In this document: positions 56,703 through 64,000 of the stretch, in pieces | Numbering within the stretch: position 1 is the first letter of the stretch | How the letters are laid out: every line of letters begins with the position of its first letter | From: Escherichia phage UPEC06 | Reading direction: 5' to 3' (one strand) | DNA: 64,000 nucleotides | Sequence record: MW250786 | The notes under the pieces: model-generated | Database searches by the model: none | What the model was told of the DNA's origin: nothing | Seen by the model: the letters and a program-made list of their open reading frames with translations, nothing else | Translations under genes and position numbers: made by a program

Positions 56703-58235
56703 ATGGCAAAACTGACGATTGAAGAAAGTAACATGATTGAAATGCAAGTCTCTGAAGCGGAACGTATCATTGAGGCTGCTAGTCTACAACTGATGCGTTT
56801 TAAACCCTTCTACGGGGTGATGCTTTCGTCTATGCCTGTTAAAAAGGCAACTGAGTGGTGCAGTACAATGGCGACTGATGGACGCAACCTATACTATCAT
56901 CCAGAATTCATTGCAGGTATGACAGAAGAACGTAAAAAATTAGTACTCGATCGACTTTCCAAATCTGAGTCCGATCCTAAAAAGCTTAAAGAGGCAACTG
57001 AATTTATTAATGTTTTTTATCGACGGAAGACCGCTCGTGAAGTTGCACTTATTCTTGAGCATGAATGTGATCATGTGATCTCTGATCACGCCTCTCGCGG
57101 TAAAGGATTTAATCATGAACTTTACAACATTGCAGCGGATCATCGTATCAATACAACGGCTGTGCTTATTCACCAGAAAGGGGATGAGTTAGGTAAAGCC
57201 TGGTTCCCTGCCGGAGAGAGAACGGTATTTGATAAGAATGCTGAATTTGGATTTATGGCCTGGTCTTATTGTGACTTCCGATTCAAAGATATGTATACAG
57301 AGCAAATCTATGAAATCTTAAATAAAGAGCAGGACGATAAAGAAAAATCCAAAGGGGAAGGTTCTGGAAGTGGAAAAGGAGATGGTGAAGAAGGTGATCA
57401 AGGCCGTAAAGGTGTTGATCAGCACATGGACCCAAATGGTGATCCAGAAGATTCAGAAGATGATAGTATCGAAGATGCACTCGGAATCGACCGTAAAGCG
57501 AAACCTAAGCAAACAGCAGAGGAACGCCAATATAACGATGGGGTTATGCGTCGAGCCATTGAGAATGCCGTACAGGCAGCAGGAAGCGGTGCACCGGAAG
57601 ATGCACGACGTTTTGTAGAGGCGGCAGGTAAACCAAAGATTAACTATCTTCGTTTGTTGCGTAAAACTATTGAACGTCTGTTCAAAGATGATGTATCATA
57701 TCGTCGTTTGTCACGCCGTAGTCACTCGTTAACTCGGACTCTCCGTAGCTCAGGTTACTTGTCTGGACGACAAACAATTGGTTTACCATCAAAGAATAAA
57801 CAGAAGACTATCCGTGCAGGTGTTTTCTTTGATGTGTCGGGATCATTTAACGATGAACTGTTAAGACCAACAATGCGTGAGATTCGTGGATTGTGTAATC
57901 TTTACGACGAGTTTGAGGTCACGATGGCTTGCTGGTCAACAAAGGTTGGTAACATTGAAACGTATACGAAGAAGAATGTGAATGAGATTGCTAACTATAA
58001 GATCAAGACCACATTTGGTACGGATGTTTCTTGTGTGTTTGAAGCATTAGATGAAATGAAAGACCCTATGGATCAGATCATCATCTATACTGACGGTTAC
58101 TTTGCTGATGTATCCCAAAAGAAAGATTGGGCCAAAAAGTATGGTAAGAATGTTCTTTGGATCATCCTGGGTCGTGGGTCTTCGTTCAATCCACCTTTTG
58201 GTAAAGCCATTGATTTTGACAAGTATCTTAAATAA
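56703..58235 (+). CDS. HExxH metallopeptidase-like + VWA domain protein
   Basis: HECDH motif in N-half; MIDAS-like FFDVSGS in C-half; directly follows the AAA+ gene. Confidence 0.6.
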   Translation: MAKLTIEESNMIEMQVSEAERIIEAASLQLMRFKPFYGVMLSSMPVKKATEWCSTMATDGRNLYYHPEFIAGMTEERKKLVLDRLSKSESDPKKLKEATEFINVFYRRKTAREVALILEHECDHVISDHASRGKGFNHELYNIAADHRINTTAVLIHQKGDELGKAWFPAGERTVFDKNAEFGFMAWSYCDFRFKDMYTEQIYEILNKEQDDKEKSKGEGSGSGKGDGEEGDQGRKGVDQHMDPNGDPEDSEDDSIEDALGIDRKAKPKQTAEERQYNDGVMRRAIENAVQAAGSGAPEDARRFVEAAGKPKINYLRLLRKTIERLFKDDVSYRRLSRRSHSLTRTLRSSGYLSGRQTIGLPSKNKQKTIRAGVFFDVSGSFNDELLRPTMREIRGLCNLYDEFEVTMACWSTKVGNIETYTKKNVNEIANYKIKTTFGTDVSCVFEALDEMKDPMDQIIIYTDGYFADVSQKKDWAKKYGKNVLWIILGRGSSFNPPFGKAIDFDKYLK

Positions 58236-58244
58236 GGGGGATCT

Positions 58245-58616
58245 TTGAGCGAGTATACTTACAAGTTATCAGTTGGTAGGCGTGGTGTAGTTATGACTAT
58301 CAACATGATTAATGAAAGTGCGGAGGCTGTAAAATGGTGGGCCTCCACCTTTAACGGGAAAGGTTTTACTTTATCTCGCCATAAGATTGGATCAGGAAAG
58401 CCGATAGATCTTGTAAAGGAAGACACTTTCCTGTATCCTGATCGTATTGCTGATGAAGATATTGATTTCCTGTCTGCTACGGTTGGTAGTCTGTTAGATG
58501 AGGAGCCAGATATTGTAAGGTTGCTCTCTTTGCTTACCGCAATGTGGTCAGCAGGTCATGATGAGGAAAGTATGCATACGATGGTAAGGAATACGTTGAG
58601 ACGTTGGTCTAAGTAA
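58245..58616 (+). CDS. hypothetical protein
   Basis: TTG start 9 nt after upstream stop. Confidence 0.4.
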   Translation: MSEYTYKLSVGRRGVVMTINMINESAEAVKWWASTFNGKGFTLSRHKIGSGKPIDLVKEDTFLYPDRIADEDIDFLSATVGSLLDEEPDIVRLLSLLTAMWSAGHDEESMHTMVRNTLRRWSK

Positions 58617-58775
58617 CAACATTTCCTTTATGCCCATTTAGGCATACAATACTATATTAGATGATAAACCCCTCAACCTGCTCGGTTGCTTCGACGGGGT
58701 TTATATATCTATTAAAAAATTAACCACACTCACATTCGTTCGGTACTTAATTTTTTAAGTCACCACAAAATTGTG

Positions 58776-58804
58776 TTGACACCACAATCAAACAGGTGTA
58801 GAGT
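58776..58804 (+). promoter_or_regulatory. sigma70-like promoter candidate
   Basis: TTGACA-N17-TAGAGT upstream of 58937 gene. Confidence 0.35.
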
Positions 58805-58936
58805 TAACAAGAGAAGGAAAGTTAATTGGATAAGTTTTACATATACTGTCTAACATTGGGATTGATCTTCATGATTGTTGGATCAGTGGGTAAAGTTTTA
58901 CTCAATAGTTTTGGAATTTATTAAGAGGAGATCGTA

Positions 58937-59179
58937 ATGAGAGTACGTCAACATCGTGGTACATTGATCGAAAGTTTGAAAACTGTTAAACAGATTGAAG
59001 GTACAAAACAAGCTCTTGTGGATCATATCAACAAAGAGTTAGGTAAACCGTTTAACTTCTCTGTTGATTCGATCAGCATTGTGGAAAAAGGAGTTGATGA
59101 GCGTATCAACTGGAACAACCATCTGATCCTGATTGATGGATTTGGTGTATTTGGTTATTGTGATCAACATCCTGTTTAA
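58937..59179 (+). CDS. hypothetical small protein
   Basis: AGGAG RBS. Confidence 0.4.
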   Translation: MRVRQHRGTLIESLKTVKQIEGTKQALVDHINKELGKPFNFSVDSISIVEKGVDERINWNNHLILIDGFGVFGYCDQHPV

Positions 59180-59299
59180 GAGGTGGTTATGGCTATTAAA
59201 TGGTGGTTGTTTGTAGTTCCTGCAAATGATAATGCAGGCGGTGATGGTAAACGTGCAGTCGCACAAACCTATGTCTATGGTCGTCATTAAGGAGTTATT

Positions 59300-59707
59300 A
59301 TGGATGCTTTTTTGAGTATTGTGTTTGCACTGACAGTGGTTGATTGGGTATTTATCGGTATCTATCTACTCTGTATTCCTTTTGTGATCTGGTTTTACAT
59401 TGACCTTTTGGCAGGTACTGGCAAAGTAACTGGAATGGACTACTTCATGTTTGTTGTTGTGATTCTCATGGGGCCTTTAGCCTTGTTGTCTTTCCTTATT
59501 GCAAACATTGTGGTAAGAGGGGGCGCTATCAAACAAACTGTTCTTTTAAAGGTGAGTAGAACTGATATTGGTAAGAAGATCATTGTCTGGAACATTACAC
59601 GTAAGCTTAAAAAGACCAATACCAAATGGGTTAATCCTTTAGAACGAGCCGTTCAGAAACGTCACAAAGTCTTATTGGAGAGAAAACATGGGAAACGAAA
59701 TCCGTAA
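59300..59707 (+). CDS. membrane protein
   Basis: Three hydrophobic segments. Confidence 0.45.
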   Translation: MDAFLSIVFALTVVDWVFIGIYLLCIPFVIWFYIDLLAGTGKVTGMDYFMFVVVILMGPLALLSFLIANIVVRGGAIKQTVLLKVSRTDIGKKIIVWNITRKLKKTNTKWVNPLERAVQKRHKVLLERKHGKRNP

Positions 59708-59848
59708 AATCAAGTGGAAGTTTTGGGAATACGCATTGGTTGTCGCTGGATATCTTTTCGGCTACAATCATGAGGTATACTATGGCGTAAAGCATAATCG
59801 AAACATGGCGTACTTCGCGTGGAAGTTTCCAGAGCGTAAGGAAAAGAA

Positions 59849-60370
59849 ATGAAAGTCACAGAAAGCTTAGTTAAAAAGGTTCGAATAGAAGAACTCCAGG
59901 AAGAAAGGCTCGATCCTATCGAGGTTATCATTGAGAACTATGATAATGGTAGAGGTAAGATCATAATCACCTCCGGCGGTGAGTCCTGGGTAGGCCAATG
60001 GAATGCGATGGGAGGGAGTGTAGAATCCTTTATCCAACGTGTCGATAATGACTACCTCATAGGGTGTATGGGGCGAGCACCTAAGTTCATTGAAGATAAA
60101 GATCAGGACCCTGTTTTCATTAAGAAGATGATCTTGAAGCAACGCCGGACCGATTCAATAACTAAAGGGCAGGCGAGATGGGCTTGGGATTATACGGAGA
60201 CGTTTGCCCCTGACCGTGATCATATCCTTCATGGGGTTCCTTTTGCGCTTCAACCCCTGAGGGAGTTAGAAGAACCTTGGTATCTGGACTGGCCCACAAA
60301 AATCAATACAGATTATACTTATCAAAGTAAAATCCTGGATGTTGTTCGTAAAGTAATAAAGCCAAATTAA
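59849..60370 (+). CDS. hypothetical protein
   Basis: 173 aa ORF. Confidence 0.45.
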   Translation: MKVTESLVKKVRIEELQEERLDPIEVIIENYDNGRGKIIITSGGESWVGQWNAMGGSVESFIQRVDNDYLIGCMGRAPKFIEDKDQDPVFIKKMILKQRRTDSITKGQARWAWDYTETFAPDRDHILHGVPFALQPLRELEEPWYLDWPTKINTDYTYQSKILDVVRKVIKPN

Positions 60371-60445
60371 TCACAAGAAGGGGTTGACGAGTGTCGCCCC
60401 TTGATTTAAACTTCAGTTATCGAAAGAAAGAGAGGAATCTAGATA

Positions 60446-60661
60446 ATGACTAAGCTTGTAACTTACGTGTTCGAAGGTGATGCTGTACCAACTGAATTTT
60501 TTGAAGATGTTTACAGCAATGATCGTGGAGTGGAACCTTTAAAGGTTTTACTTGTTGATGTTACCAACTATGGTGATGATATCGAAGTCACAGTGCAAGG
60601 AACAACCCAACAAGTCATTGATGAACGTATGAAGTATTGGGCACTGTTGCTGAAAAAATAA
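60446..60661 (+). CDS. hypothetical small protein
   Basis: GAGAGGAA RBS. Confidence 0.4.
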   Translation: MTKLVTYVFEGDAVPTEFFEDVYSNDRGVEPLKVLLVDVTNYGDDIEVTVQGTTQQVIDERMKYWALLLKK

Positions 60662-60692
60662 AAAGTTATTTTAAATTACATAGGAGAAAGAA

Positions 60693-61313
60693 ATGGCTAT
60701 CTATGCAAAACTGAAAGAAAGTAAGAAAAGTTATTTTATTTCAATGGACCCATCTAACCGACGTATGATTGAAAATCATGGTGATCGCTTCATTGTACGA
60801 CCTTCCGAGAATAACGATTCTTACTTACGTCCGGTGGGTCCACGTATTGAGGGTCAGTTCTTAACATCCCGAGATATCGAAGAGTATTTTACATTCTTCC
60901 CTGAATGGTCAGCAGAGTCAGCAGAATACATCGTTAACCTAGCGATCCCAAGGGGTAGCGTTGCTATTGATGATCAGTATCTGCTGGGGGATAAATGGGG
61001 TGACTACAAGATCAAAACAAGTCATCCAAATATGTGGCGACTGTATAACTCCGATAATCCTGACGATTATGTTATGCTTAAGCAAAGTAATTTGGAGAAA
61101 TACTTCACCTTACAGGAAGATAGCTTAAAGAAAGCATTGGCTAAGTTTGACAATTACACACCTGCACCTGTAGAAAAAGAACAGGAAGTTGTAGATACGG
61201 ATGTTTTTGAATTGAAGATTAAACGCACAGTAAGGGTTAAGGATGCAGAAATCACAGAGGACAATCTGGATCAGTTCATTGCACAGCTTACTAAACTGGT
61301 TAAAGGAGAATAA
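60693..61313 (+). CDS. hypothetical protein
   Basis: AGGAGAAAG RBS. Confidence 0.45.
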   Translation: MAIYAKLKESKKSYFISMDPSNRRMIENHGDRFIVRPSENNDSYLRPVGPRIEGQFLTSRDIEEYFTFFPEWSAESAEYIVNLAIPRGSVAIDDQYLLGDKWGDYKIKTSHPNMWRLYNSDNPDDYVMLKQSNLEKYFTLQEDSLKKALAKFDNYTPAPVEKEQEVVDTDVFELKIKRTVRVKDAEITEDNLDQFIAQLTKLVKGE

Positions 61314-61316
61314 AAG

Positions 61317-61631
61317 ATGATTATCGATCAAAGAACGCAAGTAGTTATTGACAAGACTTTCAGTGTACGTAAAAGTATCATTGCAGACATTAGTCTTGAG
61401 CGTATGACCGAAGAGGGTATTGATACTTCTGTAAACTACCCCTTGATGGAAGAAGACTTCCTACGTAAAATTATGAAACAGGGTTTTACCGACCATGTTC
61501 AGATAGAGACGAACAAAGATATGTGGTTAGTCTTTAAACTGTCTGCCGATACTGATCACGAACAAGAATTCAATGCGGCATTGGCCTGGATTCTTAAATA
61601 CTGTGATGACAATGACCTAGAGGTAATGTAA
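61317..61631 (+). CDS. hypothetical protein
   Basis: Tightly spaced after upstream gene. Confidence 0.4.
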   Translation: MIIDQRTQVVIDKTFSVRKSIIADISLERMTEEGIDTSVNYPLMEEDFLRKIMKQGFTDHVQIETNKDMWLVFKLSADTDHEQEFNAALAWILKYCDDNDLEVM

Positions 61632-61858
61632 TGTACAAGCTTCCAAAGAACTTTCGATTCTATCGTGATCTGAAATTAAAGACTGTACTGTTTGTCGAGA
61701 ATTTAGAGTTGGAGGAGTTTTATGGTTTTGAATGGTATGAAGGGGATATGGGAGAGATGAACCTCAAGAATGTTCTCGAATTTTGGGGCAATGATGATGG
61801 GGAAGGATACAGCCCCACTCCAAAACACGAGCTTTCCCTTGTTGAGATCAGAGACTAA
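61631..61858 (+). CDS. hypothetical small protein
   Basis: ATGTAATG overlap with upstream gene. Confidence 0.4.
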   Translation: MYKLPKNFRFYRDLKLKTVLFVENLELEEFYGFEWYEGDMGEMNLKNVLEFWGNDDGEGYSPTPKHELSLVEIRD

Positions 61859-61963
61859 CAAAATAAGGGGTCTAAACAGGCCCCTGTAAGCATAAACAAG
61901 TACAAGACGATAAATGACCTTACCAAAGATAAAAGGTCCTCACAAACGCATACAGGAGCTTAC

Positions 61964-62782
61964 ATGGCCTACCGTAAATTTGACCCACTGATCATTTATG
62001 AAGTTGTCCCAATGAGTATAGCCAACCCTCATGGTTTGCAATCACCTACTCCACTTGATCATAAAACAATGATCAGGAATGCAGAGTACACTTTAAGAGA
62101 TCTAGAGAATGAGGAGATTGAAAGTGCTGTGCATGGGTTGAAAGACCTGATCCGTGAACTTGATACGGATGATTCTGTTCAAGAATATATTGAAAAGTCA
62201 GAGGCACTAATCACGAAGTTTCATGAATACCGCACTAAGGTATCTCGTATTCTTGATGAAGCTTTTGATCCTTCATTAAAAGACCCGATAAAGGATGACA
62301 AAGCAATACTCTTGCTTAGTCAAATAGCTGACGCTACTGACAACATGGACCCTGGTTTTGTAAGAGCTGATCATACCTGTGTAGATCAGTTTCCTTTAGC
62401 TTATCTTAAATCCAAAAAGGCATTCGGTAGTCTGGCTTTTGTCTGGGAGTATGAGAAAGATTCCCTTACTCGTTACATCAATCGGGTAGGTAAGAAAGAT
62501 ATTTCAGTTACATTGAACATCTTCTCTGACGGTTCTTTGATGGTTCATAACAACTGGACAAAAGAAAGTATCCTCTTTGGTAAAGAAAGAGATCAGAAAT
62601 TTAAACTGGTAAACTATATCCGTTTCGCAACAGAGGATAGTAAAATGGGTAAGTCATTTAAAGAGGAGGACTTTAAAACTTTCTTTGAAGACTGGCTTTC
62701 CCCAACAGAAGAAGAGATCCAACTATTCAAAGCTGTGAATGGGGATGTTTCGTTCGACCTGTACACACTCTTTAACGAGTGA
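61964..62782 (+). CDS. hypothetical protein
   Basis: 272 aa; last gene before the repeat region. Confidence 0.45.
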   Translation: MAYRKFDPLIIYEVVPMSIANPHGLQSPTPLDHKTMIRNAEYTLRDLENEEIESAVHGLKDLIRELDTDDSVQEYIEKSEALITKFHEYRTKVSRILDEAFDPSLKDPIKDDKAILLLSQIADATDNMDPGFVRADHTCVDQFPLAYLKSKKAFGSLAFVWEYEKDSLTRYINRVGKKDISVTLNIFSDGSLMVHNNWTKESILFGKERDQKFKLVNYIRFATEDSKMGKSFKEEDFKTFFEDWLSPTEEEIQLFKAVNGDVSFDLYTLFNE

Positions 62783-62900
62783 TATTTGTTCGCTGAAACA
62801 AATTCAAATTTCAGATCCAAAATATATTTGAGATATTTCCCTGTGATATTTGTTTCATGGGGAATTTTCAGATTTCAATTTGAAATTCTATTTGAGATAA
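62780..62900. repeat. imperfect ~60-bp tandem direct repeat (2 units)
   Basis: Both units start TGATATTTGTT and share AAATTTCAGAT/AATTTTCAGAT and TATTTGAGATA. Confidence 0.55.
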
Positions 62901-62963
62901 ATTTAAGACTCCTGCCACCGTGCCCCCTCCATACTGTGTCATTCCTGCATACCTGCACCACTA

Positions 62964-62978
62964 GATCAACTTAGTTGA
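62964..62978. repeat. inverted repeat ATCAACT-T-AGTTGAT (operator-like)
   Basis: 7-bp arms, 1-nt spacer. Confidence 0.4.
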
Positions 62979-63078
62979 TGCCCCTTCTTACAGACTCACC
63001 CTCCAGATTCAATACGTTACTGTTCCAGTATACCTGTGATACAAAGCAAACATACGACACTAGTGACCAAAATAATTT

Positions 63079-63246
63079 GAGAACTTGAGGGGTTTTTCAT
63101 TTTTAAGATCGTAACCTGAAAGCTGTTCACGAGAACTTGAGAGGTTTTTCGATACAGCGATTAGGAACTTGAGAGGTTTTTCATTTTTGAGTTTGCATTT
63201 GAAATTGAGAACTTGAGCTACAGGCCAGATACTTGAGGGGTTTTTC
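63079..63246 (+). repeat. array of 4 direct copies (+1 partial) of 20-bp motif GAGAACTTGAGRGGTTTTTC
   Basis: Copies at 63079-63098, 63131-63150, 63163-63182, 63228-63246; partial 63207-63217; irregular spacing 32-65 bp; AT-rich flank. Confidence 0.65.
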
Positions 63247-63609
63247 AAATTTCAGTTTCATTTCAAAATTGAAAAATTTTTTATATGCACAAAAATATAG
63301 GGCTTGTCAAGGTCTTTGATAAGAAATTTTCAGGAGGTGAGAATTATTCTCATTTGCAGAATAACGGGCAGGGGTGGTGATTGCTTCGTGAAACCGTCCT
63401 CATCACCATGAATATATAATAGCACCGTTTTTGATTAGAAAGCAACAACATTTTAAAAATATTTTTCGGTAAATTTTGGGCGAGCTACCGGCGATCCACC
63501 TTACAACCTGGCGGCGATGCCTGGTATGTTAGCCCCGCCTTTACGCCGTGGGGATGGCGATTGTTTTCCTATGTAAGCATTATGGCCCCTGGCGGGGCCG
63601 TTGTCAACA

Positions 63610-63894
63610 TTATTTTTTATCTTCTTGCCAAGTAAGAACGCCTAACCAAAAATACACGTCGCCCTTAGCGTTCGGTGGTATCTTGCTTTCTTTCCCGCCA
63701 GCACACGCCCAAAGGTAACCATCGGTAAACGTATCAAGGTAGTCCATATCTTCCACCTTTCGATCCGCCAGGTTAAGGATAGTATTAACGTCTAAGCCTG
63801 TTGCGCTTGCTACCTGGTAGACCGTGCCACCTTGCCAGCCTAACGAGTGCATAAGATGCAAAGTAGTAGTAGTAGTAGTGGTGATGGTAGTCAT
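63610..63894 (-). CDS. hypothetical protein in GC-rich island, poly-Thr N-terminus
   Basis: 94 aa ORF; N-terminus MTTITTTTTTT from ACT/ACC repeats; local GC visibly higher than the rest of the window. Confidence 0.35.
   Translation of the reverse strand: MTTITTTTTTTLHLMHSLGWQGGTVYQVASATGLDVNTILNLADRKVEDMDYLDTFTDGYLWACAGGKESKIPPNAKGDVYFWLGVLTWQEDKK
63862..63879. repeat. trinucleotide microsatellite (AGT)6
   Basis: agtagtagtagtagtagt, in frame at the 5' end of ORF 63610..63894. Confidence 0.6.
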
Positions 63895-64000
63895 AGTATC
63901 GCCCTTTCTTCTGTTGTGCGCCCTGGTTGGCGCGGTAAAAAGACTATAAATGATCTTCCTTTATATAGCAAGGAAAAAGAAATTAAAAAAGATTAAAAAT

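Noticed and set aside
63079-63246. Possible CRISPR array (repeated 20-bp unit)
   Set aside because: Repeat is short, spacing is irregular (32-65 bp), only 4 copies, no cas genes, and one copy lies in a promoter region elsewhere; better explained as protein-binding iterons.
62786-63248. Track ORFs 62786..62974 (+) and 63060..63248 (-) in the repeat region
   Set aside because: They lie within direct and inverted repeats and AT-rich DNA, with no RBS; likely non-coding.
1-64000. tRNA genes, integrase or other lysogeny genes
   Set aside because: No T-loop-like GTTCGAATC-type sequences or integrase motifs were recognised by eye; cannot be excluded without a dedicated scan.

Overview
This window reads as a contiguous piece of a tailed dsDNA phage genome, with a myovirus-type contractile-tail gene order and a probable enterobacterial host (AGGAG-type ribosome-binding sites; two proteins end in E. 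coli SSB-like acidic tips). All calls are from reading the sequence and ORF track by eye; no searches were run. Layout: (1) 1-25171, + strand, late structural module: collagen-like fibre proteins, neck proteins, sheath, tube, chaperone pair with a -1 frameshift site, tape measure, baseplate, three fibre genes. (2) 25220-54108, - strand, early/replication region: SSB-like protein, family A DNA polymerase, Dda-like helicase, SleB-like hydrolase, a C5-methyltransferase-like/GHKL-like pair, and about 50 small ORFs including a tandem paralog trio. (3) 54229-62782, + strand: HD-domain (p)ppGpp-hydrolase-like protein, MoxR-like AAA+ ATPase, HExxH+VWA protein, small unknowns. (4) 62783-64000: non-coding repeat region followed by a GC-rich island. 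The best-supported unusual feature is a T7 gp4-like primase-helicase gene split inside its Walker A motif by a ~0.75 kb insertion that carries an HNH endonuclease ORF and group I intron R/S core elements. Candidate novel systems are the methyltransferase-like/GHKL-like pair and the HD/MoxR/VWA cluster. No tRNA, CRISPR array or integrase was recognised. Product names for structural genes rest mainly on gene order and size, so they are moderate-confidence.
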